Position numbers and translations under genes: made by a program
Shown here: positions 1 through 10,057 of the stretch, one piece after another
How positions within the stretch are numbered: position 1 is the first letter of the stretch
How the letters are laid out: the number at the start of each line of letters is the position of its first letter
The notes under the pieces: model-generated
Database searches by the model: none
Seen by the model: only the letters and a program-made list of their open reading frames with translations
What the model was told of the DNA's origin: nothing
NCBI GenBank assembly: GCA_038881595.1
Contig: JAVZPM010000002.1
Coordinates: 1 to 64,000 of the forward strand
Reading direction: 5' to 3'
DNA: 64,000 nucleotides
Source of the DNA: Candidatus Micrarchaeia archaeon
GTDB taxonomy: Archaea; Micrarchaeota; Micrarchaeia; CABMEP01

Positions 1-1029
1 AAAAATAAGATCCAAATTCTTCCTGAAAATATAATCGAGCTTAATAGAACTCTCCAATCATTAAGAGAAAAGCAAATGAATATCAATTCTGTATTTAACT
101 CTACTATGAATGAATTGAATGAAATTAAAAATAAGATACGAGATGTCAAAGAGGACTATTTTGATGAATTTATTTTAGTAAAAAATCAGATAATTGAACA
201 AGAAAAAGAACTTATCAAGATAAATGATATTTATTCTTCTTTCAAGGATAAGGAAGAAAGATTAATTAATTCAATCCAATTTGTAAAGGACAATATTTCA
301 AAGTTTCAGGAAGAGCTTATGAATCTTGAAGATCAACTTGAAAAGTTTAGATCTTCTTCCAAATCAATTGAATTAAAGATAGAAGAAACAAATAAAGTAT
401 TGAAGTCACTTAATAGACAATTTGAAAATTATATAAATAAGATAAAAGAATTAGATGATTTCGAGAATGAAATTAAGCAAATCCAGAAAGAATATATGAT
501 TTCAAAAGAAAAAATAGATTCAAAAATAAATGATTATACGAAAGAGATATTGGCAATTTCAAAATCAATAGAATTAGAGGCCAGCAATAGGTATCTCCAA
601 GAATTGGAAAAAATGACAGCAGAGACTGAAGATTCTTTCAATTCTCTTTTATATAGCGAAAATGAATTGAATAAAAGAATAGAGAACAAAAAGAAGGAAT
701 TATCTCAATTGATAGAAGAGGCAAAAAGAATGCAACGATCATTGGCTATGAAAGAGTCAAGAGAGTCAATATTAAATTATTCTTCCGATCTATATCCTAA
801 CCAAGAAAAAATAAATTTAACACAATCAAAATTTAATGAAGATTTCATAGACTCAGATAAGTACGAAATAAAGGAAACGAAAGAAACAGATAGAATAGAT
901 ATCGAGGTAAAAACATTGGATTCTAATGTACTTAATCAAAATAATAAAAATAATTCAAAATTAGAAGAAATTAAAGAATCGCTTTCTAATTTTTTAGCAA
1001 AATTCGATAGAAAATTAGGGAAGAAATGA
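1..1029 (+). CDS. Long coiled-coil protein, 5'-truncated by the window edge
   Basis: Frame is open from position 1; E/K/I/L-rich heptad pattern; no ATPase motifs visible. Confidence 0.6.
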   Translation, partial: KNKIQILPENIIELNRTLQSLREKQMNINSVFNSTMNELNEIKNKIRDVKEDYFDEFILVKNQIIEQEKELIKINDIYSSFKDKEERLINSIQFVKDNISKFQEELMNLEDQLEKFRSSSKSIELKIEETNKVLKSLNRQFENYINKIKELDDFENEIKQIQKEYMISKEKIDSKINDYTKEILAISKSIELEASNRYLQELEKMTAETEDSFNSLLYSENELNKRIENKKKELSQLIEEAKRMQRSLAMKESRESILNYSSDLYPNQEKINLTQSKFNEDFIDSDKYEIKETKETDRIDIEVKTLDSNVLNQNNKNNSKLEEIKESLSNFLAKFDRKLGKK

Positions 1030-2538
1030 TTGCTCGTTTTTTATCGATTCTTTTTCTTCCAATTTCATTTTTATTTTTTTAGTATCTATCGAAGCTATAA
1101 TATATACTATTACAAAGGAAATAGAAATTGCTATTACAAATACAGGATTATAGGAAGCCACAAGAGCTCTATATCCACCTACATTAACTACATCAAGATA
1201 AGCTGTAACATTAAAGATTAGGTGTAGAAGTATTGATAAAAATATACCTGGTATAAGACCAAAGTAATAAATAGCCCTGTATCTTTCTCTTGATTTTAAA
1301 TATCCTAAAATCACTCCTGCAAATGCAACGAAGCATCCGTGTGCTAAAGTATTAAAAACTGATCTGTATAAGATTACAGATATCCAAACATCTATTCCTG
1401 TTATTATTGGATCCACACTTGCAAGGAAATAAAACCAATTTTCATACATTGCAAATCCAATTCCAATTGCAAAACCATATAAAAGTCCATCTAATGCATC
1501 GTCAAATTCGTGGTGTCTTGAGAATAATGCAAGTCCGAAAATTTTGAGGAATTCCTCTATTATAGGACTTACAATTATACTTATTATAGCAGTTGTCAAA
1601 GCGAGAGGTATAATATCTGCACTTTTACCAAGGAGATAGATTATAAGATTATTAATAAAAAATGCAACCATAGCTGCAAAAATTCCATAAACAAACATTC
1701 CTGCTACAAATCTCAATGGTTCTCTTTCATATATATCTGCGTACCACGTTAAAATCATAAGTATTAATGGAATAGCTAAAGATGCAACAAATGAAATTAC
1801 TATTATTTCAATCTTAGTTAGAATATCGTAGTTCTGATATGTTGAAAAGGTTATAATGCATACAAGAAGAATTGCAAAGAAAAGTATTATTGACCATAAT
1901 GCTGGATTTGCAAGCGCATTTGCAATCTGTTCACTCATCGTTTTTCCATATGGAAATTCAAATAGTGTTTTATCAGTGTATTCATTATTTTTTCCATATT
2001 TTCTCATTTCAGCGTCTCTTACAACCAAAGATAAAATTAATAGAAGGATCAATGCAATTATCGGTGCAACAACATATGCCCCTATATTTATTGCTTCGTA
2101 TGTTGTCTTTTCATATTTTTCCCAAGATTGAGCAATTGTAAACTCCTTTGCAAGATAAGTGTCAGATATTAGGAGATATCTTCCAACATCGGTAGTAAGA
2201 CCATTATAAGTATAAGTCATTGGGATTTCAAATTCGGCACTTTCTTGAGCTTCAAGCTTTCCAACTTCTGCTATAAATATATACTTTTCATTCTCCTTAA
2301 AATATAATGCAATATTTATTGCTTCACTGCCTCCATTAGTTATTGTAATATTGTGTTTTATAAAGCAAGGATTTTCAGTACATACAACTGCAACAGGTTG
2401 TATTGTGGCAGTTAGGTTTCCTTTAATAATACTTCTATTTTCATCCATTCTGAGTTGATTAGGAAATGCTAATACAAGGGAAATAAAAAGAAGAAGTATT
2501 GAAATCATGTGAAATATTTTTTTAGGTTTTTCATTCAT
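1015..2538 (-). CDS. PrsW-family intramembrane metalloprotease with N-terminal extracellular domain
   Basis: Motifs D-x-YEREP, PIIEEFLK, DGLLYG, GIGFAMYEN, LAHG and LLH; multiple TM helices; start set at ATG 2538 after a GGTGA SD. Confidence 0.85.
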   Translation of the reverse strand: MNEKPKKIFHMISILLLFISLVLAFPNQLRMDENRSIIKGNLTATIQPVAVVCTENPCFIKHNITITNGGSEAINIALYFKENEKYIFIAEVGKLEAQESAEFEIPMTYTYNGLTTDVGRYLLISDTYLAKEFTIAQSWEKYEKTTYEAINIGAYVVAPIIALILLLILSLVVRDAEMRKYGKNNEYTDKTLFEFPYGKTMSEQIANALANPALWSIILFFAILLVCIITFSTYQNYDILTKIEIIVISFVASLAIPLILMILTWYADIYEREPLRFVAGMFVYGIFAAMVAFFINNLIIYLLGKSADIIPLALTTAIISIIVSPIIEEFLKIFGLALFSRHHEFDDALDGLLYGFAIGIGFAMYENWFYFLASVDPIITGIDVWISVILYRSVFNTLAHGCFVAFAGVILGYLKSRERYRAIYYFGLIPGIFLSILLHLIFNVTAYLDVVNVGGYRALVASYNPVFVIAISISFVIVYIIASIDTKKIKMKLEEKESIKNEQSFLP

Positions 2539-2611
2539 TTTTTCACCGGTTCTTTCTATTTTATCTACATTAAAACAAAAAATATAAATATAATGCATTT
2601 ATATTATTATT

Positions 2612-3094
2612 ATGGTTAATTTTAAAAATCAAAGGTTAAATGCAAAAAAGGAGTCTGAGTTTAAATTGAGCACTTCCGATCTACAGTATGCTGATGGTTT
2701 ATTTGAATTACCTAAAGTAGAATCAAAAAGCGATTTTTCCGACAAAGCGAGAGATTTTGTAGATTTAATTCTAATCTATAAAGGAGATTTAAAAATGGTT
2801 GAAAAAGAATTTCCAATTACTTCGTTTGGAATCGAATTTATTGAAAAGGCGAAAACAATATGTAGGAAGAAACAACTTCTATTTCATGAAAAAGTTCTTA
2901 ATACAATTAAAGAGTCCATATATGAATCTAAAAAGTTAAATTTATTACAAACAGCAGTACTAATTTTTATGAATGATATTTTATATTTACATGAAAATGG
3001 GGAATTAGAAGAAGATCAATATAGCGATATACAGAAATATTTTAATGAATTAAAGGAATATGTAAAAAAAGAGTATGGAAATGATGAATGGTAA
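2612..3094 (+). CDS. Hypothetical protein
   Basis: 160-aa ORF filling an intergenic gap; no motif recognised. Confidence 0.55.
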   Translation: MVNFKNQRLNAKKESEFKLSTSDLQYADGLFELPKVESKSDFSDKARDFVDLILIYKGDLKMVEKEFPITSFGIEFIEKAKTICRKKQLLFHEKVLNTIKESIYESKKLNLLQTAVLIFMNDILYLHENGELEEDQYSDIQKYFNELKEYVKKEYGNDEW

Positions 3095-3188
3095 ATTAAG
3101 AAAAATTTTAAATATCATATTTTGTCAATTTCTATTTTTATATGAGATTTTTTGATTTATATTAGATCAAGTATAAAGTGGTGTTTTT

Positions 3189-3794
3189 TTGGCTATATTC
3201 GTCTTGACTGGTACACCTGGAACAGGGAAATCTTCAATAGCAAATTATTTTGCAAAAAAGAAATCGATAATTATAGATCTAAACAAACTTGTGAATAAAA
3301 AGCATTTGTGGTATACTAAAGAAAAAGGAAGTAAAGTTGTAGATATTGCTTCTCTTCAAAGAGAGGTCATTAAAGAAATATTTAGAATTAAAAATAAATA
3401 TAAGCATAAAATATCTAAAGAATCAAACAATGTAAATAATATTATAATAGAAGGACATTTAGCATGTGAGATTACATTACCTGTTGACGCAGTTATAGTT
3501 CTTAGAACTAGACCAGATATATTAGTTAAAAGATTGATTAAAAGGAAATATCCAAAATATAAAATAAGTGAAAATGTCCAAGTTGAAATTATTGATTACT
3601 GCACAAGAAAGGCAGAAGAAAATTACAATTGTCCTATTTATGAAATAGATTCTTCTGGTTCTATTAGAGTTACAATAAATAAAATAAATACTTTGATCAA
3701 AAAAATTTTAAATAGAGATAAAATTGTTAATAGTCCAATAAATTGGATGAGATATGCATTCAATAAAGAGGTTGCAAAATATTTATTTGAATAA
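3189..3794 (+). CDS. Adenylate kinase, archaeal AK6/Fap7 type
   Basis: TGTPGTGKS P-loop, IIEGH, LRTRP, RKY...KISEN; TTG start. Confidence 0.88.
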   Translation: MAIFVLTGTPGTGKSSIANYFAKKKSIIIDLNKLVNKKHLWYTKEKGSKVVDIASLQREVIKEIFRIKNKYKHKISKESNNVNNIIIEGHLACEITLPVDAVIVLRTRPDILVKRLIKRKYPKYKISENVQVEIIDYCTRKAEENYNCPIYEIDSSGSIRVTINKINTLIKKILNRDKIVNSPINWMRYAFNKEVAKYLFE

Positions 3795-3843
3795 TCATTG
3801 GAAAGAGTTTAAAATTTCACTTCTTATTATATTTAGTGATCAG

Positions 3844-4290
3844 ATGAAAAATAAATATAAAGGGCAAATTGCATTCGAAACGATTCTTATCGTTGGATTC
3901 GTATTTCTTCTACTTATACCACTTATTTTTATATTATTCAATCGTTCTATTTCTATTCAAGATGAACTTACAACAATACAAACTTCAAGAGCACTATTCA
4001 CTATAGTCTCTGCTGTTGATTCTGTTGGAGTACTTGGTCCAAATAATAGTATAGTCGTAGAGGTAGTATTACCAAATAATATTAAAAAAATATCAATAGG
4101 CAGTGATAATAATAGAGAGATATCTGCTGTTTTAGCTACTTCCATTGGGGACATACACATAGTTAAAATGTCTCAATTTAATATATCTTCCACATTTGTC
4201 TTTCCAGAAAGTAACATACAATCTGGAAGATATAGATTCAAAATAACATATTCAGAAGCTGAAAAAGAAGTAAAAATAAGTTTAGATTGA
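3844..4290 (+). CDS. Class III signal peptide (pilin-like) protein
   Basis: MKNKYKG|QIAFE followed by a hydrophobic helix. Confidence 0.75.
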   Translation: MKNKYKGQIAFETILIVGFVFLLLIPLIFILFNRSISIQDELTTIQTSRALFTIVSAVDSVGVLGPNNSIVVEVVLPNNIKKISIGSDNNREISAVLATSIGDIHIVKMSQFNISSTFVFPESNIQSGRYRFKITYSEAEKEVKISLD

Positions 4291-4315
4291 TTAAATTTAA
4301 AAAAAGAATTATTAA

Positions 4316-5458
4316 TCATTCATTTTCTGGCTTTCCTGGATAAAGATCACCTTCTTGTATTTGTATAGATATACTTCTAAGTTTTCCGAAACCACTTCTT
4401 TTACCTTTTAATTTATCTTTTTCTTGTTTTATCTTTTTATCAGCTTCTTTAAGTATATCTTTAAGCACTGCAAATAACTTCCAGCCATATGAGCTTACTT
4501 CGAATGTTTTCTTACCAGTTACAAGCATTTTTATTGTATATTTATGTCTCTTTCCTTTAGGTGAATGCTTCTTTATATTTAATCTTATGAATTCAATAGG
4601 CATTATCTGTTCAAATGAATTTGCGAATTCGTTTACCTCATTGTATATGTCTTGTTTGTATTGTTTATCTTCTTCATCGAGTCCTATTATCTCAATCACA
4701 GTTTCACGTTTTGGTATAGCACTTTTTATTATGTCTATAGTAGTTATTATTCCTATTTTATCATCCCCTTCAACAAGAAGAGATGATATTTGATTTTTTT
4801 TCATAATCTTTGCAGCTTCTCTTAGCGATGTAGAAGGTGATATTTTTATCAATTTTGGAGAAGAACCAACTACTGTCTGAAGCAAAATCGAACTAGTTTT
4901 TTCCTTTTCTCTTCCCATTGGGACTTTGGTTTTTACTTTTTGCAGAAGTGGAAATATATCTATACTACTTAAAATCGAAATAGGTTTTCCAGAATCAGTT
5001 ATCACTAGATGATGTTTTCCTGTTTTTCTCATCAAAGCAGCTGCTTTAGATACATTTTCTTTTACATCTATCTTTTCAATAGGAATATTCATAACGTCTT
5101 CAACTTTTAGAGGTGGAATTTTGTCTTCAGCTATCAGTTCTTCTAAAATATCAATGTTTTTAACAATTCCAATTATTGAATCGCCATCAACAATTGGTAG
5201 TTCTCTATACCCTTCAAGAAACATAGAGATCTTTCTTTCTATCGGATCTCCTTCTTTCAATAGAGGGGCTTTCCATGCATATTTTTCAACCTTTGCATCT
5301 GGAGAATATTGGATTGTTTTTAGAGTTTTATCAGAGATGATCCCAATGTATTTTCCATTTTTTTGAATTACTATAGTTGTTATACCTTGCTCTATTAATT
5401 TAGTTGCTTTTGCCATTGTTTCTGTAGAATCCAGTATCGTTGCAGGTCTTATAATCAT
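4316..5458 (-). CDS. Four-CBS-domain protein with C-terminal HPF/RaiA-like domain; candidate ribosome hibernation factor
   Basis: Four CBS repeats (GIISDK, GIVKNIDI, SILSSIDI, GIITTIDI), then an alpha/beta domain (IRLNIKKH...KYTIKML...GWKLFAVLKDIL). Confidence 0.75.
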   Translation of the reverse strand: MIIRPATILDSTETMAKATKLIEQGITTIVIQKNGKYIGIISDKTLKTIQYSPDAKVEKYAWKAPLLKEGDPIERKISMFLEGYRELPIVDGDSIIGIVKNIDILEELIAEDKIPPLKVEDVMNIPIEKIDVKENVSKAAALMRKTGKHHLVITDSGKPISILSSIDIFPLLQKVKTKVPMGREKEKTSSILLQTVVGSSPKLIKISPSTSLREAAKIMKKNQISSLLVEGDDKIGIITTIDIIKSAIPKRETVIEIIGLDEEDKQYKQDIYNEVNEFANSFEQIMPIEFIRLNIKKHSPKGKRHKYTIKMLVTGKKTFEVSSYGWKLFAVLKDILKEADKKIKQEKDKLKGKRSGFGKLRSISIQIQEGDLYPGKPENE

Positions 5459-5484
5459 ATTTTCACCTCAATTTTAATTTAAAA

Positions 5485-5757
5485 TCATTTTCTTTTCATA
5501 AACGATTTTAATAAGAAAAAGTTACTATCAGACATTATACATTCAATCTCATTTTTTATTCCAATCGTATCATATACTATAATTTTAACCTTTACTTTTC
5601 CAAGTTCCTTCCTTTCTATAATTATCAAGTCATAGAGATAACTTATAGGAACATTAAGTTTTAGATCTTTATGTCTAATATTGAAGTTTTCCTCATCTGC
5701 TACAATTTCTCCAGCGGGAGTTCCGAACACATCAGAAAAAATAGGTATTTTTACCAT
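5485..5757 (-). CDS. Small hypothetical protein
   Basis: 90-aa ORF co-oriented with the CBS gene. Confidence 0.55.
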   Translation of the reverse strand: MVKIPIFSDVFGTPAGEIVADEENFNIRHKDLKLNVPISYLYDLIIIERKELGKVKVKIIVYDTIGIKNEIECIMSDSNFFLLKSFMKRK

Positions 5758-5808
5758 ATTTCTTTTTTGTTGCGAACCATTTAAAAATTATACCCTTAAC
5801 ATATTTTT

Positions 5809-6318
5809 ATGGTAAAATTCACATATTTTAAATCTTTAAAAGGTCAGGCAGCAACAGAATTTTTATTTACTTACGGGTGGGCAATACTTTTAGTACTTGT
5901 TATAATGGCAATTCTTTATTCTTCAATATTTAAGCCTGAATTTTATGTTGCAGAAAGATGTGACATTGGACCAGGTATAACATGTGATATATTTTATCTA
6001 AATAAAACTTCATCAGGTCTCAATTTTACTCTTTACGCCCATAATTCACTAGGATTTGATGTTAATATAACAAGCTTAAATTTCACATTACATGATAGAA
6101 TTAACAATCAAAAATATTCTAAGACAGTATATTTATCTAATACTATAAAAGATAGAGAATCATTTAGTGTAAATGTGCTCTTTAATGTGGATAATTTAGA
6201 TAGTGTAGCTCCTGGAACTCTTTATTCCATATACTTTACAATAAAGTTCAAAAATAATGAGATAAGCTCTCCCCCAGAGCACGTGACAGCCGGAATAATA
6301 AATGTAAGAGTTTCTTAA
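5809..6318 (+). CDS. Class III signal peptide (pilin-like) protein
   Basis: KG|QAATEFLFTYGWAILLVLV, a typical archaeal pilin N-terminus. Confidence 0.82.
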   Translation: MVKFTYFKSLKGQAATEFLFTYGWAILLVLVIMAILYSSIFKPEFYVAERCDIGPGITCDIFYLNKTSSGLNFTLYAHNSLGFDVNITSLNFTLHDRINNQKYSKTVYLSNTIKDRESFSVNVLFNVDNLDSVAPGTLYSIYFTIKFKNNEISSPPEHVTAGIINVRVS

Positions 6319-6363
6319 TATTTTTATTTAATTGATCTCTTTAGATTAGCGGCGTGATTTATA

Positions 6364-7179
6364 ATGAGAACACCGATTGGAACGGGGATATTTTATCCAA
6401 GCAACAAATCAATTCTTAAAGAAATATGCAGAAGCATGTTAAATTCCAAGGTAGAAAATTTCAATTCTATTTCTGCTCTATTCGTTCCAAATGGTAGATT
6501 CGATGATTTCAAGGATATGTATATTCAGGCATATGCGCATCTTTTGAACATTCCTGAATCAACAAGCTTTATTTTTATTTCCGACAATAAGATGAAACAA
6601 GGAAAACCAGTCTCAATTTCAAATGAGGATTGGTTTACTTCTTTAGGAAAAGTTACATATGATAAGGATTTAGGAGAGCAAATAAAAAAGCATTCATCAT
6701 TCGCTGAATTCGACATTTCCGCGCATTTGTTTGAATACTCTATAGAGATACAACTTCCATTTATTCAATCCCTAGCAAATAGCCCTAAAATGGTTGCGAT
6801 ATCGATTTCAACATCAAATGAGTCTATCGTAAAAGACCTTGTAAACTCAATCCAAACCTCTGCCAATACACTAAATAAAAATATAGTTCTAATCTCTACT
6901 TGCCAGATGCTCAGATGCAGATCATCACAAGAAGCAGAATTAAAAACAAGAGAAATTATAGATATTATAAATAGCTGCGATGAATATTCAGAGAAAAAGG
7001 ATTCATTGTTCAATTATTTCCTCAATGAGGAATGTATGGTGAACCCAACTGTTTTTTTAGTTCCATTATTGTATTCTCTTGAAAGTAATTTTAGACCAAG
7101 AATCCTATCTCAGAAAGCAATTAAGACAGGAGTGAAGGATGAAATTGAAGTGCATTTGTCTATCGCATATGTAAAATGA
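6364..7179 (+). CDS. MEMO1 / AmmeMemoRadiSam protein B homolog with degenerate metal site
   Basis: G.FYP, W.T.LG.V, AH..EYSIEIQLPFIQ. Confidence 0.78.
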   Translation: MRTPIGTGIFYPSNKSILKEICRSMLNSKVENFNSISALFVPNGRFDDFKDMYIQAYAHLLNIPESTSFIFISDNKMKQGKPVSISNEDWFTSLGKVTYDKDLGEQIKKHSSFAEFDISAHLFEYSIEIQLPFIQSLANSPKMVAISISTSNESIVKDLVNSIQTSANTLNKNIVLISTCQMLRCRSSQEAELKTREIIDIINSCDEYSEKKDSLFNYFLNEECMVNPTVFLVPLLYSLESNFRPRILSQKAIKTGVKDEIEVHLSIAYVK

Positions 7180-7195
7180 TAGAAAAGGTGATTTT

Positions 7196-8209
7196 ACGTC
7201 TATAGAGAAAAGAAAATTAGATCATATAGCAATTTCAATCAAACAAGATATTTCATATTCGACAATCTCAGCTGGTTTTGATGATGTAGTCATTCCCCAT
7301 GATTCTCTTCCAGAGATAAGTTTTGAAGAGGTAGATTTAGGTATTCATTTCTTGAAAAAAGATGTTTCAGCACCTATAATGATTGATGCAATCACGGGTG
7401 GTTTCAAGGGTGCAGAAAAAATTAACCAATGTCTTGCAGAGGCTGCAGAAAAAGAAGGAATTATTTTTGCGTTAGGATCGCAGAGAGCAATGATTGAAAA
7501 TCCAGAATTAGCTTACACATACAAAGTAAGGAAAGTTGCTCCAACAATACCTATAATCGGAAACATCGGTATTGCAAATGTCAATAAACAGATTATCAAG
7601 GGGCTTGATTCTGCGTTGAAGGAAGTTGATGCAGATGCATTGGCAATTCATCTGAATCCGCTTCAAGAAGCAATACAGAGCGAGGGCGATTTAGATTTCA
7701 GAGATAAGTTAGATGTTATAAATGAAGTTTGCGACATTATAGATATTCCAGTGATTATTAAAGAAGTTGGACATGGAATGTCGGAAGAGACTCTTAGAAA
7801 AATAGAAAAGACAAAGGCAGAGTTCATAAATGTAGCTGGTGCAGGTGGTACATCATGGACAAAAATAGAAAATTTAAGAAATAAAGGAGCAGTTAGATCT
7901 TTTGATGAAGATGGAATTCCAACTGTAATTTCTTTGATAAATGCAAAAAGATTAACAAAAAAGAAAGTAATTGCTTCAGGTGGAATAAGAAGCGGAATAG
8001 ATGTCGCTAAATCATTGTGCCTCGGTGCAGAAGTGGGTGCTGCTGCATCGCCATTCTTAAAGGCATACAAAGAAAATAGAGTCGAATCTTTAATAAAAAG
8101 TTGGAAACATGAGCTGAAGATATTTATGTTCACTCGTGGGATACGCAATATAAGTGATTTTAAAAAATTGAAGCCAAAGATAATAGGAAAGACAAAAGAT
8201 CTTCTTTAA
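7196..8209 (+). CDS. fni: Type 2 isopentenyl-diphosphate delta-isomerase
   Basis: RKLDH N-terminus, AITGG, LGSQR, HLNPLQE, IKEVG, AGAGGTSW, IASGGIRSG; conserved frame extends upstream of the called TTG at 7352 to an ACG at 7196. Confidence 0.93.
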   Translation, partial: TSIEKRKLDHIAISIKQDISYSTISAGFDDVVIPHDSLPEISFEEVDLGIHFLKKDVSAPIMIDAITGGFKGAEKINQCLAEAAEKEGIIFALGSQRAMIENPELAYTYKVRKVAPTIPIIGNIGIANVNKQIIKGLDSALKEVDADALAIHLNPLQEAIQSEGDLDFRDKLDVINEVCDIIDIPVIIKEVGHGMSEETLRKIEKTKAEFINVAGAGGTSWTKIENLRNKGAVRSFDEDGIPTVISLINAKRLTKKKVIASGGIRSGIDVAKSLCLGAEVGAAASPFLKAYKENRVESLIKSWKHELKIFMFTRGIRNISDFKKLKPKIIGKTKDLL

Positions 8210-8332
8210 TATCAGAGTCTTTATACCCACTTAAATATGCTAAAATCGTAATTCCTGCTTTAGTGTGTTAAAAACACAAAAGTTATATTTCTATACGAAG
8301 AATTATTTATATCATGTTTTTTAAGTGGTTTT

Positions 8333-10030
8333 ATGGATGTAAAAGATATAGCAAGGAAATGGGCATTAAAGAATGCATTTGATTATGGAAAAGCAGATTT
8401 CGGTGCAGTCGTAGGAAAAGTAATTGCAGAGTATCCTGATGTAAAGAAAGACATGAAGCTCAACATGCAGATAATAAATGCTGTAATTCAGGAAGTAAAT
8501 TCAATGAATAGAGAAATGATAGAAGAGGAAGTATCGAAGTTTAATTTTGGTGAGAAGAAGAAAGAAGAAAAGAAAGGTGTGAATTTACCGCCGCATATAG
8601 AAGGAAAGGTTGTAACGCGTTTTGCTCCTGAGCCTTCCGGTTATCTTCACATTGGGCATGCAAAAGCATGTCTTATAAGCTGGCAAGGTGCCAGGGAGCA
8701 GAATGGAAAATTCATACTTAGAATAGATGACACTAATCCAGTGCTTGCAAAGCAGGAATTTGTGGATGCCTTGAAAGAAGATTTGAAATGGCTAGGAGTA
8801 GATTGGGATACTGAGTGTTTCACTTCTGATTTCATGGAGATGTTTTACAATTATGCATTTGATCTCATAAAAATGGGAAAGGCATATATTTGCGAATGTG
8901 ATGGAGACACTATAAAGAAAAACAGGGAGGAAAAGAGAGAGTGTCCTTGCAGAAACAAGCCCGTTATAAAGAATGTCAGAGACCTTGAAAAGATGATTGA
9001 CGGTGGATTTAAGGAAGGAGAAGCGGTTCTTAGATATAAAGGTAACATGGCTGCGCTTAATACAGTGATGCGTGATCCCACTTTGATGAGAATAATAGAG
9101 GAAAGGCATTTCAGACAGGAAGACAAGTACATTGCATGGCCTTCTTATGACTTTGTGACACCCATTCTTGATTCAACACAAGGTGTAACTCATGCAGTCA
9201 GATCAAAAGAATACGAGCTTAGAGACGAGCTTTATTATTCACTGATAAAGGATTTCGGCCTTAGGCAGCCGATTATTGTTTCAATTTCAAGACTTATTAT
9301 AAAAAATAACACCACTCAAAAGAGAGTTATAAGAAAGCTTGTGCAGGAAGGAGTTATAAGTGGGTGGGATGATCCAAGACTTCTTACAATGAAGGCAATA
9401 AGAAGAAGAGGGATTCAGCCAGAGGCACTCAGAGAATTTGCACTTTCATTTGGAGTAAGTAAATCAGAATCGAAAGATGCCACATTGGATCAGCTGTTTC
9501 ATAAGAACAAACAGATACTTGATCCAATTTCAAAGAGACTTCATTTTGTTAAAAATCCTGCGATTATTATAATAGATGGATTTAGAACCCAAGCAATTCT
9601 TCCATTCCATCATGAAAATGATCTCGGTTCCAGAAAGTTTATTATAAATGAAAAGGTTTATGTTGAACTTGAAGATGTCAAAATAGGTGAAGAGATCAGG
9701 CTTAAAGATCTTTGTAACGTAAGAATAGAATCAAAGTTAAGTGATGCCCCATATCCGACATTTCGCGGAGTTGAGATGAAATCAGATCACATCCCAGAGA
9801 AAAAGATACAATGGGTTCCGGTAGACTCTGCTGTAAAGATAAGAGTTGAGAAACCTCTCGATCTGCTAGAAGGAGACATCCCTGCAAAGAATAGCATGCA
9901 GATAGATGATGGTTTTGCTGAAGAATTTGTAACTGAGCTAAAAAAAGGAGAGATCGTGCAATTCATAAGATATGGTTATGTGATAAAAGACAGAGAGGAA
10001 GATGTTCCTGTTTTTATATTTACATCATGA
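8333..10030 (+). CDS. gltX: Glutamyl-tRNA synthetase
   Basis: TRFAPEPSGYLHIGH, RIDDTNP, GWDDPRL, VQFIRYGY. Confidence 0.96.
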   Translation: MDVKDIARKWALKNAFDYGKADFGAVVGKVIAEYPDVKKDMKLNMQIINAVIQEVNSMNREMIEEEVSKFNFGEKKKEEKKGVNLPPHIEGKVVTRFAPEPSGYLHIGHAKACLISWQGAREQNGKFILRIDDTNPVLAKQEFVDALKEDLKWLGVDWDTECFTSDFMEMFYNYAFDLIKMGKAYICECDGDTIKKNREEKRECPCRNKPVIKNVRDLEKMIDGGFKEGEAVLRYKGNMAALNTVMRDPTLMRIIEERHFRQEDKYIAWPSYDFVTPILDSTQGVTHAVRSKEYELRDELYYSLIKDFGLRQPIIVSISRLIIKNNTTQKRVIRKLVQEGVISGWDDPRLLTMKAIRRRGIQPEALREFALSFGVSKSESKDATLDQLFHKNKQILDPISKRLHFVKNPAIIIIDGFRTQAILPFHHENDLGSRKFIINEKVYVELEDVKIGEEIRLKDLCNVRIESKLSDAPYPTFRGVEMKSDHIPEKKIQWVPVDSAVKIRVEKPLDLLEGDIPAKNSMQIDDGFAEEFVTELKKGEIVQFIRYGYVIKDREEDVPVFIFTS

Positions 10031-10057
10031 ACTTAACTCATTATTTTTAGTGATAAT

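Noticed and set aside
1..1029. Possible second SMC/Rad50 protein
   Set aside because: Only generic coiled coil is visible; the C-terminus has no signature or Walker B motif
7176..7352. fni as a frameshifted pseudogene starting at the ATG overlapping the MEMO1 stop
   Set aside because: The rest of fni is intact, and an SD plus ACG explains the N-terminus more simply; not fully excluded
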